DNA of 23,441 nt from Candidatus Caldarchaeum sp. (lineage in GTDB: Archaea; Thermoproteota; Nitrososphaeria_A; Caldarchaeales; Caldarchaeaceae): positions 1 through 23,441 of the forward strand of contig JAWBKB010000022.1 of assembly GCA_038831915.1 (NCBI GenBank), given 5' to 3'. Every line of letters begins with the position of its first letter. Position 1 is the first letter of the stretch. Below the pieces are notes generated by a model that was not told the DNA's origin, searched no databases, and saw only the letters and a program-made list of their open reading frames with translations. Positions 7,801 to 16,353 of the stretch are shown one piece after another. A program made the position numbers and the translations under genes.

Positions 7801-8769
7801 TTACCTCACCCTTATACGTGGGTCGATTAACCCGTATAAAATGTCTACAATCAGGTTTGCGATTATTATGATGATCGACCCGTAGATGAATATTCCAAGA
7901 ACCACCGGATAGTCACGTAGTTTTATCGAGTCGTATAGAAGGGAGCCCATTCCCGGCCATGCGAAAACTGTTTCCGTTAGTATTGCTCCCACGAGTAAAA
8001 CTCCGGTGTTAAATCCTGTGTAGGTTACCACAGGGATCAACGCGTTGCGGAGTGCGTGTACGAAGACTACTCTTCTTTCGGAGAGACCTTTGGCGCGGGC
8101 TGTTACGATGTAATCTTGAGTCAGTGATTCAAGGACGCTTGCACGAGTTATTTTCGTAGTGTATGCAATGTTAAATGTCGCTAGCGTGAGAACGGGCAGC
8201 ACCATATGACGCAGTACGTCAAGAACATAGTCGAATCCTTTATACCCAGCTCCGACGGTTACCATACCACCTAGAGGGAAAAGCCCAAGATAAACGGCAA
8301 AGACTATCAAGATTATTTGTCCAAGCCAAAAGTAAGGAATTGATATCCCGATTAATGAGAGTATTGAAAGGGTTACGTCTAGTGTTCCTCTCCGTGCAGC
8401 AGCTACCGTGCCTATTAATATACCCACTGCAGCGGATAACGCCATGGCGGACAACACGAGAAATATCGTGGCGGGAATTCGGTCAAGTATCAGTTTGGAT
8501 ACTTGCTCTGATCTCAGGTATGAGTATCCTAGGTCTCCTCGAAGGACGTTGGAAATATAAATCAGTAGCCGTTCGTGGATTGGTCTGTCAAGCCCGAGTC
8601 TTGATCTGGTTGCCTTGATAAATTCCTCATCTCCTATTTCTCCGGCAAGGATGTAGGTTGGATCGCCAGGAGCGAGATTGATTAACATAAAATTGATGAC
8701 TATGACTACAAAAATCATAGGGATGTATTGTATAAGGCGTTTGACAATGAAATTTAACGCCTGCGACAT
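7801..8769 (-). CDS. dppB: Dipeptide/oligopeptide ABC permease DppB/OppB
   Basis: APGDP, GDLGYSY, DYIVTARAKGL, HALRNALIP, ETVFAWPGMG, DPRIR; GGAGG SD upstream. Confidence 0.93.
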   Translation of the reverse strand: MSQALNFIVKRLIQYIPMIFVVIVINFMLINLAPGDPTYILAGEIGDEEFIKATRSRLGLDRPIHERLLIYISNVLRGDLGYSYLRSEQVSKLILDRIPATIFLVLSAMALSAAVGILIGTVAAARRGTLDVTLSILSLIGISIPYFWLGQIILIVFAVYLGLFPLGGMVTVGAGYKGFDYVLDVLRHMVLPVLTLATFNIAYTTKITRASVLESLTQDYIVTARAKGLSERRVVFVHALRNALIPVVTYTGFNTGVLLVGAILTETVFAWPGMGSLLYDSIKLRDYPVVLGIFIYGSIIIIIANLIVDILYGLIDPRIRVR

Positions 8770-8827
8770 TTACTTCCTCCTCAATTAATGGTTTGCATTG
8801 GTATAATAACTTTAAACGTTTCAACCT

Positions 8828-9817
8828 CTACTGTTTTTCATAGAGGTAGCACGCTACTTCCCTTCCTTCGACATTGTAGAAAGGAGGGGGCTCCTTCCTA
8901 CACTTCTCAATGGCGTATGGACATCTTGTATGGAATCTGCATCCTGGAGGCGGGTTTATCAAAGATGGTGTTTCACCGGTTATGGTTGGTCGGTCACGCG
9001 ATTTGGCGATATCGGGGTCTGGGACAGGTATAGCAGATAATAACATACTTGTGTAAGGATGGAGTGGTTTTTTGATGATGTCCTCCGTTTTCCCCTGTTC
9101 AACCACTTTGCCAGCATACATCACCAACGTGTCTTCGCATATACTTTTTATTAGCGCTATGTCATGGGAGATGACGATGTACACCATTTCTGGGAAATCC
9201 CTATGTATGTCGAGGAGCAAGTTGATAATTTGACCTCTGATGGATACGTCTAATGCCGAAACTGGTTCGTCAGCTATCAGCAGCCGCGGGTTCAACGCGA
9301 TTGCTCTCGCAATACAGACGCGCTGTCTCTGTCCTCCGCTCAGCTCATGAGGATATCTTTCCAGAAATAGCTCTGGTGGAGTTAGCCCTACCCTTTCAAG
9401 TAAGTTCGCGACTTTTTCGTTAATGGTTTTTAAATCAAGGGTGGTATGTAGTTTATATACCTGTTCAAGTATCTGTTTGATCTTTTTCCGTGGGTTGAGG
9501 GATGCCATGGGATCTTGGAAAACCATCTGAATCTGCGGCCTAAGTTTTCTCAATTCGTTCTTGTCTAAGCTGAAAATGTTCACACCATCAAAGTAGACAG
9601 TTCCGGAAGTAGGCTCTATGAGCCTTAAAATTACCCGTGCCAGCGTTGTTTTGCCTGAGCCACTCTCTCCTACTATACCCAGAGAGCTTCCCTTTTCTAC
9701 TTGGAAGCTAACGTCATCAACGGCTTTCACGTAGGATCTAACTGTGCCGAAAAAGCTGCGGCCAGCAGGGAAATATTTCTTCAAGTTAATAACGTGTAGT
9801 AAAGCGCTGTTCTTCAT
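8828..9817 (-). CDS. dppF: Oligopeptide ABC ATPase DppF/OppF
   Basis: GESGSGKT, FQDPMASLNP, LSGGQRQR, DEPVSALD, HPYT, C-terminal GCRFHTRC...C...C motif. Confidence 0.93.
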   Translation of the reverse strand: MKNSALLHVINLKKYFPAGRSFFGTVRSYVKAVDDVSFQVEKGSSLGIVGESGSGKTTLARVILRLIEPTSGTVYFDGVNIFSLDKNELRKLRPQIQMVFQDPMASLNPRKKIKQILEQVYKLHTTLDLKTINEKVANLLERVGLTPPELFLERYPHELSGGQRQRVCIARAIALNPRLLIADEPVSALDVSIRGQIINLLLDIHRDFPEMVYIVISHDIALIKSICEDTLVMYAGKVVEQGKTEDIIKKPLHPYTSMLLSAIPVPDPDIAKSRDRPTITGETPSLINPPPGCRFHTRCPYAIEKCRKEPPPFYNVEGREVACYLYEKQ

Positions 9818-10800
9818 TGTGCCTCACTCAATAGCCAGCATGCTGCAGCACGGTTTTCGCCGAAATGGATGAGCGGCGGCTCCATATTTTTACATTTGTC
9901 CCAGACATATCGGCATCGTGGATGAAAACGGCATCCCTGCGGTGGGTTGATCAAGTTAGGAATAGTTCCGTCGATCGTAGCAACGGTTGCTCTTTCACTT
10001 TTTATCGACGGAACAGCGTTGAGCAATCCCACTGTGTAAGGATGTTTTGGGTCCTTGTACAGTGAGTAAACATCGCCCACTTCAACAATTTTGCCTGCAT
10101 ACATGATCATCACACGGTCGCATATTTCTGCAACGATTCCAAGGTCGTGCGTGATTAAAATTAATGACATTTGCATATCTCTGATGAGCGATTTCAACAT
10201 CGCAAGCACTTCAGCTTGAACCGTAACATCTAACGCCGTCGTCGGCTCATCCGCTATTAATATTTCTGGATTGCATGAGATAGCTATAGCGGTCATTACT
10301 CTCTGTTTCATACCGCCGCTTAGCTGGTGCGGGTAGCGAGAGGCAACGTTCGTCGCATCCGGTATCTTCAATTTTTCCATTAACTCGATCGCCCTTTGCT
10401 TCGCCTCTTTCCATGAAACTCCGTAATGGAACACAATGCTTTCGGCTATTTGATGCCCGATCTTGAAAACGGGGTTAAGATAAGTCATCGGATCTTGGAA
10501 AATCATTCCGATACGACGCCCTCTGATTTTCCGCATGTAATCGTTGGGTATCTTGAGTAGGTCAATTTTCTCCGGGTAGAGCCAGACGTTTCCGTTTACG
10601 ATCCGTGCGTTTTTCGGAAGAAGTTTTGTTATGGTGAATGCAAGTGTGCTTTTTCCGCTTCCAGACTCACCGACTATGCCTAACACTTCTCCTTTCTTGA
10701 GCTCAAACGAAACACCGTCAACAGCCTTAACAATTCCTTCTGTTGTTTCATAATAAACAGCCAAGTTAGAAACTTCAAGAATCTTCAAAAATTTTACCAC
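9814..10800 (-). CDS. dppD: Oligopeptide ABC ATPase DppD/OppD
   Basis: GESGSGKS, LSGGMKQR, DEPTTALD, HPYT, GCRFHPRC; overlaps the dppF start. Confidence 0.93.
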   Translation of the reverse strand: MVKFLKILEVSNLAVYYETTEGIVKAVDGVSFELKKGEVLGIVGESGSGKSTLAFTITKLLPKNARIVNGNVWLYPEKIDLLKIPNDYMRKIRGRRIGMIFQDPMTYLNPVFKIGHQIAESIVFHYGVSWKEAKQRAIELMEKLKIPDATNVASRYPHQLSGGMKQRVMTAIAISCNPEILIADEPTTALDVTVQAEVLAMLKSLIRDMQMSLILITHDLGIVAEICDRVMIMYAGKIVEVGDVYSLYKDPKHPYTVGLLNAVPSIKSERATVATIDGTIPNLINPPQGCRFHPRCRYVWDKCKNMEPPLIHFGENRAAACWLLSEAQ

Positions 10801-10837
10801 CCATTAGAGCATATTGCATGCAAACCCACATCAGCTG

Positions 10838-11902
10838 TTACACCATCTTTTTTTGGATTATGTTCTCGACCCGTTTAAGTAAATCGATGTCTCTAACACC
10901 TGACCCTAAAGGAATCTTTTCACGCGGTACAATGACTATAGTTATTTTCTGCCCTTTTGATATTTCAGCAGATGCTATTGGCAGTCCTGTTTCACTGCTT
11001 AATGTGACGATTAAGTCAGGAAAAGTAGCCAACCTCTCGTTTTTGTTTTTTTCCAACGTCATATATTCATTCCAAAAAGTAAGTAGATAGCTGCCGGTGA
11101 CGCCTCTGACTTGTACGGTCCCAACATCATAGCCGCCTTTTGATTCCAGAGTTACGGATTCTACAACGCCGCTGTCAATCAGTTTGCCAGCTGTTTTCTT
11201 GACGATGTTTTCCACTATTCTTTCACCGTCTCCACGGTATTTTTGAAAAATTTTCCCTACTTCTATGGCGAGTTTCAAACCGCCCACCGCTGCATTTTCT
11301 TTGACGTAATTGGGTGAAACAGGGTTTCTCGTTACCGCTACCATTCCACCCGCTTGAACAGAAGCCTCGCGGATAATTTTGTCCACCTTATCCAGCGAGC
11401 CTTTTGCGAAAACCTCTACGTACTGCCCCGATTCCTCGCGTCCTCCGACAGCAGCCTGGATAGAAACATAATTCTTAACTTTGTGAAGGCCCATTGAGCC
11501 CATTACGCCCGTGGGATGGGCTCTTCCGTCTGCTGGAGCGTCTACAACAGGTATGTCCATGAAAGCTGATGGTATCCACCCGTTTACGGTCGACATTCCA
11601 CCATTCTCAGAAGTTATAAAGCCGGTAATATATTCGCCTGACATATCAATTAGCATTTCAGCTGACTTGAGAATGTGTTTTGCTGAGACATGTTTCTCTC
11701 GTGCTGATGGAGCACCGATAATCGAGGCCGTGGCTATGAGTCCTTCGGTCACTTCGTCAATGTCAACGATTATTACATCGCCTGATTCAACAGCCAGTTT
11801 TGCATATTTCAGCCCTAGGCTGATTTCACCCCCTCCCCCTCCTCCGAAAAACGCGCCACCCAGAACAGCAGCCTCGGCTAACGACTCATCTATTCGCAAC
11901 AT
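10838..11902 (-). CDS. DUF917 family protein
   Basis: GGAFFGGGGGG N-terminal motif, GAPS, ENGGMSTVNG, VDAPADGRAHP, WNEY and TFPDLI motifs. Confidence 0.85.
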   Translation of the reverse strand: MLRIDESLAEAAVLGGAFFGGGGGGEISLGLKYAKLAVESGDVIIVDIDEVTEGLIATASIIGAPSAREKHVSAKHILKSAEMLIDMSGEYITGFITSENGGMSTVNGWIPSAFMDIPVVDAPADGRAHPTGVMGSMGLHKVKNYVSIQAAVGGREESGQYVEVFAKGSLDKVDKIIREASVQAGGMVAVTRNPVSPNYVKENAAVGGLKLAIEVGKIFQKYRGDGERIVENIVKKTAGKLIDSGVVESVTLESKGGYDVGTVQVRGVTGSYLLTFWNEYMTLEKNKNERLATFPDLIVTLSSETGLPIASAEISKGQKITIVIVPREKIPLGSGVRDIDLLKRVENIIQKKMV

Positions 11903-12571
11903 TCACGTTCTACCGAATTCCAACTGCCTAAGAATGGATAAGGCGGCAGCTCCGGAGGCAACAACTGGCTCGATTATAGGGATGGGGAAGAACTTTTGAA
12001 CTTTCTTTACGAAACCAATTGTACTGTAACCTGTGCATGCCAAAACAACAGCATCCACGCCTTTCTCTACTAACTTTTTCAACGCCTCGATAGACGCCTT
12101 CTCTCCCTCCTGAGTCATGAGATCTGTCGTGTTTCTTACGTTAGCCGGATGTTCTTCTGCGACTAGGTTTTCTCCCAGAATCCGTTTAATAGACTGAGGA
12201 ACTTCTTCGGTCAGTTTGATTACGCCGATTTTTTCACCCATGGAGAGAGCAAGCGACGCTGCCGCAGAACCTGAACCAATCACTGGAATTTTTATTTTTT
12301 CCCTTGCCTCCGAAACAGCTGGATCTATGGCACAACTGATTATGATGGCGTCAACACGATCTTTTTGGAACTCCTCAACCATCTGTAGGATTTTTGGCTT
12401 CGCTATTTCCTCGGTTTCAGCATCGTATATTCCCTTAGGCTGGTCTTTTATGCATTTTGAGATAACCTTGAGTTCAGGGAAGACCTGCTCGATAAGTCTA
12501 CCATGCTGATGGAGTTTTTCTTCGTCATGTATCGTGATTACTCGGACGAGGCCTATGCGGTATTTTGTCAT
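11903..12571 (-). CDS. Hydantoin/Asp-Glu racemase family protein
   Basis: Two Cys motifs ISCAIDP and LACTGYS, plus IPVIG and IPIIEPV; ATG 12571 forms an ATGA overlap with the DUF1177 stop. Confidence 0.85.
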   Translation of the reverse strand: MTKYRIGLVRVITIHDEEKLHQHGRLIEQVFPELKVISKCIKDQPKGIYDAETEEIAKPKILQMVEEFQKDRVDAIIISCAIDPAVSEAREKIKIPVIGSGSAAASLALSMGEKIGVIKLTEEVPQSIKRILGENLVAEEHPANVRNTTDLMTQEGEKASIEALKKLVEKGVDAVVLACTGYSTIGFVKKVQKFFPIPIIEPVVASGAAALSILRQLEFGRT

Positions 12572-13530
12572 TTCCCGCACTCCCTTGGCTCTATGGTTTT
12601 TGCAAGTATATCACGAACATGTCCGTGCGTTTTCACAATAGTCTGAAACTCATCCTCATCATAAAACTTTACGTCGCCTTTTCCAAATCCTTTCGCAACC
12701 TCAACAACAAACCTCGTTGCCTGTTCAAGAGCAAGAATGTTGTTTGCTCCGGTAGCGGAGCCAGGGACAATCATTTCACTCGTGATCGCCACACCTACCA
12801 CGGGCGCATCGGTGAAGAGCCAAGGTTGCATCATGCTGTTCAAATGATACGCAGGAGTTGAGAAAGGTATGATATCCTGCATGGTGATCGGAACTATCAC
12901 CGGCATATGTCCTGCCACACACATGTATATATTCATTAGGTCTTGGCTCACTTTGAGTATCCATCCCTGTTTCACGGTTGGGGTGATTGCGAACCCGTTG
13001 TGTTTGACAACGTAGTTCGCCTTGGTTGCGTCGATCGATAAAACCGCATCCATTTCCGGAGAGACTTCTTTTTTGAGTAGTGTAAATATGTCGACCGGTG
13101 ATTCCATCATCGCCGCTGGTTTGTGCGGTCGCGTGGGTGCGTTAGGACATATATGTGTAGTGATTTTTACATCACCCGGTAGCACATCACCCCTCCTCTT
13201 CATCTCAGCTAACATATAAACAGTTGCCAATGCCACCACAGCGCCATCTGCGTCTGAAACGATTCCAACTTCAATTGGTCTGGCCCCAATGCCGCCAAGA
13301 CGGCCGATAACACCGAGAGTGGGCGATGTTCCATTTACCGACTTTCCGTTAACACCAGACACCAAGATCGACACGAAATCAGTCACGCCTTTAACGCCTT
13401 TCAAGGTTTCAACGTAGATAGGAAGCTTGTCGTAACCCTTGCCTGTGAAAAATTTTCGCACTTCTTCGCCTGACACCGATGGGTTGTCTAACAAATCTAG
13501 GATCTCGACAACATATCTAAAAGCGCTCAT
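12568..13530 (-). CDS. DUF1177 family protein
   Basis: PTLGVIGRLGGIGARP, VSDADGA, LPGDV, THICPNAPTRPH, MDAVLSIDATK, ITPTVKQGWIL, YHLNSMMQP, PGSATGA; start trimmed to ATG 13530. Confidence 0.85.
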   Translation of the reverse strand: MSAFRYVVEILDLLDNPSVSGEEVRKFFTGKGYDKLPIYVETLKGVKGVTDFVSILVSGVNGKSVNGTSPTLGVIGRLGGIGARPIEVGIVSDADGAVVALATVYMLAEMKRRGDVLPGDVKITTHICPNAPTRPHKPAAMMESPVDIFTLLKKEVSPEMDAVLSIDATKANYVVKHNGFAITPTVKQGWILKVSQDLMNIYMCVAGHMPVIVPITMQDIIPFSTPAYHLNSMMQPWLFTDAPVVGVAITSEMIVPGSATGANNILALEQATRFVVEVAKGFGKGDVKFYDEDEFQTIVKTHGHVRDILAKTIEPRECGK

Positions 13531-13572
13531 GGATTTCCCTTTTTTTAGATAAAGAAAAATTTTTGGTTGTTT

Positions 13573-13579
13573 TAAAAAA
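13573..13579 (-). terminator. Oligo-T terminator-like tract after the Dpp substrate-binding gene
   Basis: T7 run on the minus strand about 10 nt after the stop, typical of archaeal intrinsic terminators. Confidence 0.4.
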
Positions 13580-13588
13580 ATAGTGGGT

Positions 13589-15481
13589 TTATGTTTTTGG
13601 TTTTCTTGTACGAGATACGGCAAATGAAACCGCTGCTACAGCTACGACGACGGCCACCACTACTGCAGCAATAGCCCATTCGGGAACCACTTGTGTCACA
13701 ACCTGTGTAGGCTGCGTAACTGTCACCACTTCGGATTTGACTACAGTCGTCATAACGGTCGTTCCTCCTTGTATTATAGTCTGTATCATAGTTCGTTCAA
13801 CGGTTATAACCTCTGTTCTAACCGGAGCCTTGACCCAGTAGATTTTCTCAAGATTGAGATACCCTGTCCCCATACCGTTTTCCCATGCACCTGGGGCTAG
13901 TTCGTCGGAGAAATCAAGGTTTACAGCGGCCACGAAAGTTCGTGAACACGTCCAAACAGCTGGCTGATCCTCGACAAGGATTTTCAGAGCTTTTCGGACG
14001 AGCTCAACTTCTTTTTGACGGTCGATTTCATACTCTGCGGCGAAAATCAACTTGTTAAACTCGGGGTTGTTGTATCCCATGGCGTTCGACCATGAAGCTC
14101 TAACAATGCCTTTTTCCGTGTAGTAGCGGATGAAGAATGTTGGGCCAGGTCCATGAACAAACGGGAATATGCTCATGTCGAAATCCCAATTGCGGAATAC
14201 TCTCTCATGCCATGCTGCAGTATCTAGGGCAACGATTTCAACAACTATTCCCACTTGTGCTAAAAAGTCGCGTATCAGCTCCGCTTCTTTCAAGTAGAAT
14301 GGGTATGAAACGGAATCTATCATCAGTCTCAGCTTGAACCTTGTTCCGTCCGGCCCTCTTCTGTATCCGGCTTCGTCCAGTAGTCTTTCTGCTAGAGCAG
14401 GGTTGTATGCTGGCTGATTAACTCCAGGGTTGTATTGAGCTACCGCAGGAGCGCTTGAAACGACGGTATCGAGTGCCTCAACTCTGTTAAAGTAAACGAC
14501 TTCGGCGATTTTATGTCTGTCAATTGCAGCGGCTATGGCTTTTCTCACACGCACGTCTTTAAGCGGTGCTGGCCCCTCGGGGTGTAAATTGAACCCAACG
14601 ACGTCGAGTGAGCCTCCTGGGCTTGGGAAGAACCAGACACGTTTACCTGGAAGCCGTCCAAGACCAATCTTTTCCTGTAAACCAACAGCATCGGAAATCG
14701 TGAGACCATAAGTCCAGATAAAATCAACATCGCCCTTCTCGAATGCAAGTGTCAACGCTGGAGAAGTTCGGATTATGCGGAAAATGATTCTATCGAGGTA
14801 TGGTAACCCTTTTTTCCAGTAGTTTTCGTTTCTTTCAAGAATGATGTATTCGCCTTTCTTCCATTCTTTGAACTTGAACGGCCCTGTTCCGATAGGTTGT
14901 GTATTGTAAGGATTGTTTGCAATGTCTGTGTTTTCATAGAGGTGTTTAGGACTTATGTTGATCCCCGAACCGCCGAAATATCCAGGATAGAACGCGGGCG
15001 CCCACGTGGTGTTGAAACGGAATATGACCGTGTAGTCATCTGGTGTCTCTATGGATTTGACATAGGATTTAACCATATAGGCGACAAAGCTGTTGAAAAC
15101 TGGCGCAACTACCTCGTATGTGAACTTTACGTCGGCGGACGTGAATTTCCTACCGTCGTGCCAGGTCGCGTTTCTGACCAACTTAAACACAATCGTCATT
15201 CCACCATCACGCTCTTTGATAACCTGCCAAGATTCTGCCAACTCAGGCTGCCACTCCAATGTTTCTGGATCAATGCTTACCAACGAGTTCCCAATTTGCC
15301 TAACTATTTGATAAAAGGCCCATGTTGGTGGTCCGCTCAACGCTAGATGCGGCGGCTCAGAGCTTATTCCGACAACTAGAGTTCCTCCGTGTCTAGGCTG
15401 AGCTTGGATGGATGGAGCCGCTGAAAACGCTAACAATAAAGCCAAAAGCAGAGCTAAAAGATATTTTCTATTTCCTGTCAT
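13589..15481 (-). CDS. dppA: Family 5 ABC substrate-binding protein DppA/OppA with signal peptide, C-terminal Thr/Val linker and membrane anchor
   Basis: PELAESW, WHDG..FTSADVKFT, PIGTGPFKF, NENYW, DVRVRKAIAAAIDR; C-terminal TVTQPT linker, hydrophobic helix and basic tail. Confidence 0.93.
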   Translation of the reverse strand: MTGNRKYLLALLLALLLAFSAAPSIQAQPRHGGTLVVGISSEPPHLALSGPPTWAFYQIVRQIGNSLVSIDPETLEWQPELAESWQVIKERDGGMTIVFKLVRNATWHDGRKFTSADVKFTYEVVAPVFNSFVAYMVKSYVKSIETPDDYTVIFRFNTTWAPAFYPGYFGGSGINISPKHLYENTDIANNPYNTQPIGTGPFKFKEWKKGEYIILERNENYWKKGLPYLDRIIFRIIRTSPALTLAFEKGDVDFIWTYGLTISDAVGLQEKIGLGRLPGKRVWFFPSPGGSLDVVGFNLHPEGPAPLKDVRVRKAIAAAIDRHKIAEVVYFNRVEALDTVVSSAPAVAQYNPGVNQPAYNPALAERLLDEAGYRRGPDGTRFKLRLMIDSVSYPFYLKEAELIRDFLAQVGIVVEIVALDTAAWHERVFRNWDFDMSIFPFVHGPGPTFFIRYYTEKGIVRASWSNAMGYNNPEFNKLIFAAEYEIDRQKEVELVRKALKILVEDQPAVWTCSRTFVAAVNLDFSDELAPGAWENGMGTGYLNLEKIYWVKAPVRTEVITVERTMIQTIIQGGTTVMTTVVKSEVVTVTQPTQVVTQVVPEWAIAAVVVAVVVAVAAVSFAVSRTRKPKT

Positions 15482-15502
15482 ATCTATAGTTCTGTATGTC
15501 TA

Positions 15503-15517
15503 GTTAATAACTTTTCG
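15503..15517 (-). promoter_or_regulatory. BRE/TATA promoter of the dppA-DUF1177-racemase-DUF917-dppDFBC operon
   Basis: Minus strand GCGAAAAG-TTATTAA, TATA about 22-28 nt upstream of the ATG, consistent with a leaderless transcript. Confidence 0.6.
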
Positions 15518-15541
15518 CTAATTAACTTTTTTGCAGTTTAA

Positions 15542-16079
15542 GGCACTGTCAACTTTTACTTAAGGTTTTTGGAAAGGGCCTATGGGCTGGGTTGTTTTGA
15601 TGGGTTTGTGGACGTCTTCGATTATCTCGTAGGGCGTATGTCCAGAAGGTTTATGCTGCTATGTTGTTCGTTGCTGGTTTGAGCCTTAGAGACGTTATTA
15701 CAGGCGCGTCTAGGGAGAGTGTTAGGTGTTGGGCCCATAGGATGAGAAAACTCTTCACACCATATAGTCTGCTGTAGACGTGGATGCAGGGGGAGATAAC
15801 AGCTGTATATGCCTTTAGGGGTAGGTCTATCCTAAACGCCTAACTGTTCTGGAAAAATGCGAGGGGAAAATGGGATTTGAAGAGGCTTCTATGAAACATT
15901 TGGGGATGGGAATAGGGTTGAGAGGTGGTTTAGGGGGCTTAAAGACAGGACCAAGAGATTCCACAACAACATAACTCAAAGACGGTCAGGAGTTATTGAG
16001 GAGATAGCCATAGCCCTCACACACAACACATTACTCAACACCCAAAGAGAAGGGGGCGTATTACCTGGCTGACAGTACC
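15542..16079 (+). mobile_element. Degenerate, internally deleted IS6-family insertion sequence (transposase pseudogene)
   Basis: Terminal inverted repeats GGCACTGTCAAC / (rc) GGTACTGTCAGC, similar to IS6-family GGCACTGT ends. Fragments in different frames: KVYAAMLFVAGLSLRDV..ASRESVRCWAHR, SAVDVD/GEITAVYAFRGRSILNA*, ETFGDGNRVERWFRGLKDRTKRFHNNI. Confidence 0.85.
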
Positions 16080-16234
16080 TGTGAATTTTTAATGGCGGGC
16101 AAGCCTTTGCTGATGCAAGATCCTAAGTTTGCTCACGCTTTGTAACCTCCCTGTTAAGGCTTTCAAAATTCTTCCAGTATACTGTTGTGACGAGCCTGAC
16201 CACCTCCAGAGCTGTCGTATCATGTGAGAGTGAT

Positions 16235-16273
16235 GTAGGCGCGGCCGTGGGTGAAAACCATTCTTGCGCCTAC
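16235..16273 (+). other. GC-rich hairpin capped by a GAAA tetraloop
   Basis: GTAGGCGC (16235-16242) pairs with GCGCCTAC (16266-16273); inner GGT-GAAA-ACC. Confidence 0.4.
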
Positions 16274-16353
16274 TCTATACCTTCAAAAATATCACAGACT
16301 TAACATTGCTAAAGAGTTTTAAAAGTCGAAACATGGTTGATATAACGAGGGGT

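Noticed and set aside
11826-11848. C-rich low-complexity run as a possible phase-variable tract
   Set aside because: It encodes the conserved poly-Gly motif of DUF917 using mixed codons
16195-16240. C/D-box sRNA (CTGA near 16196; GTGATGT near 16230), or a fucose-isomerase-like CESDVGAA peptide fragment
   Set aside because: The boxes are in the wrong order and imperfect; the peptide match is too short and has no surrounding ORF
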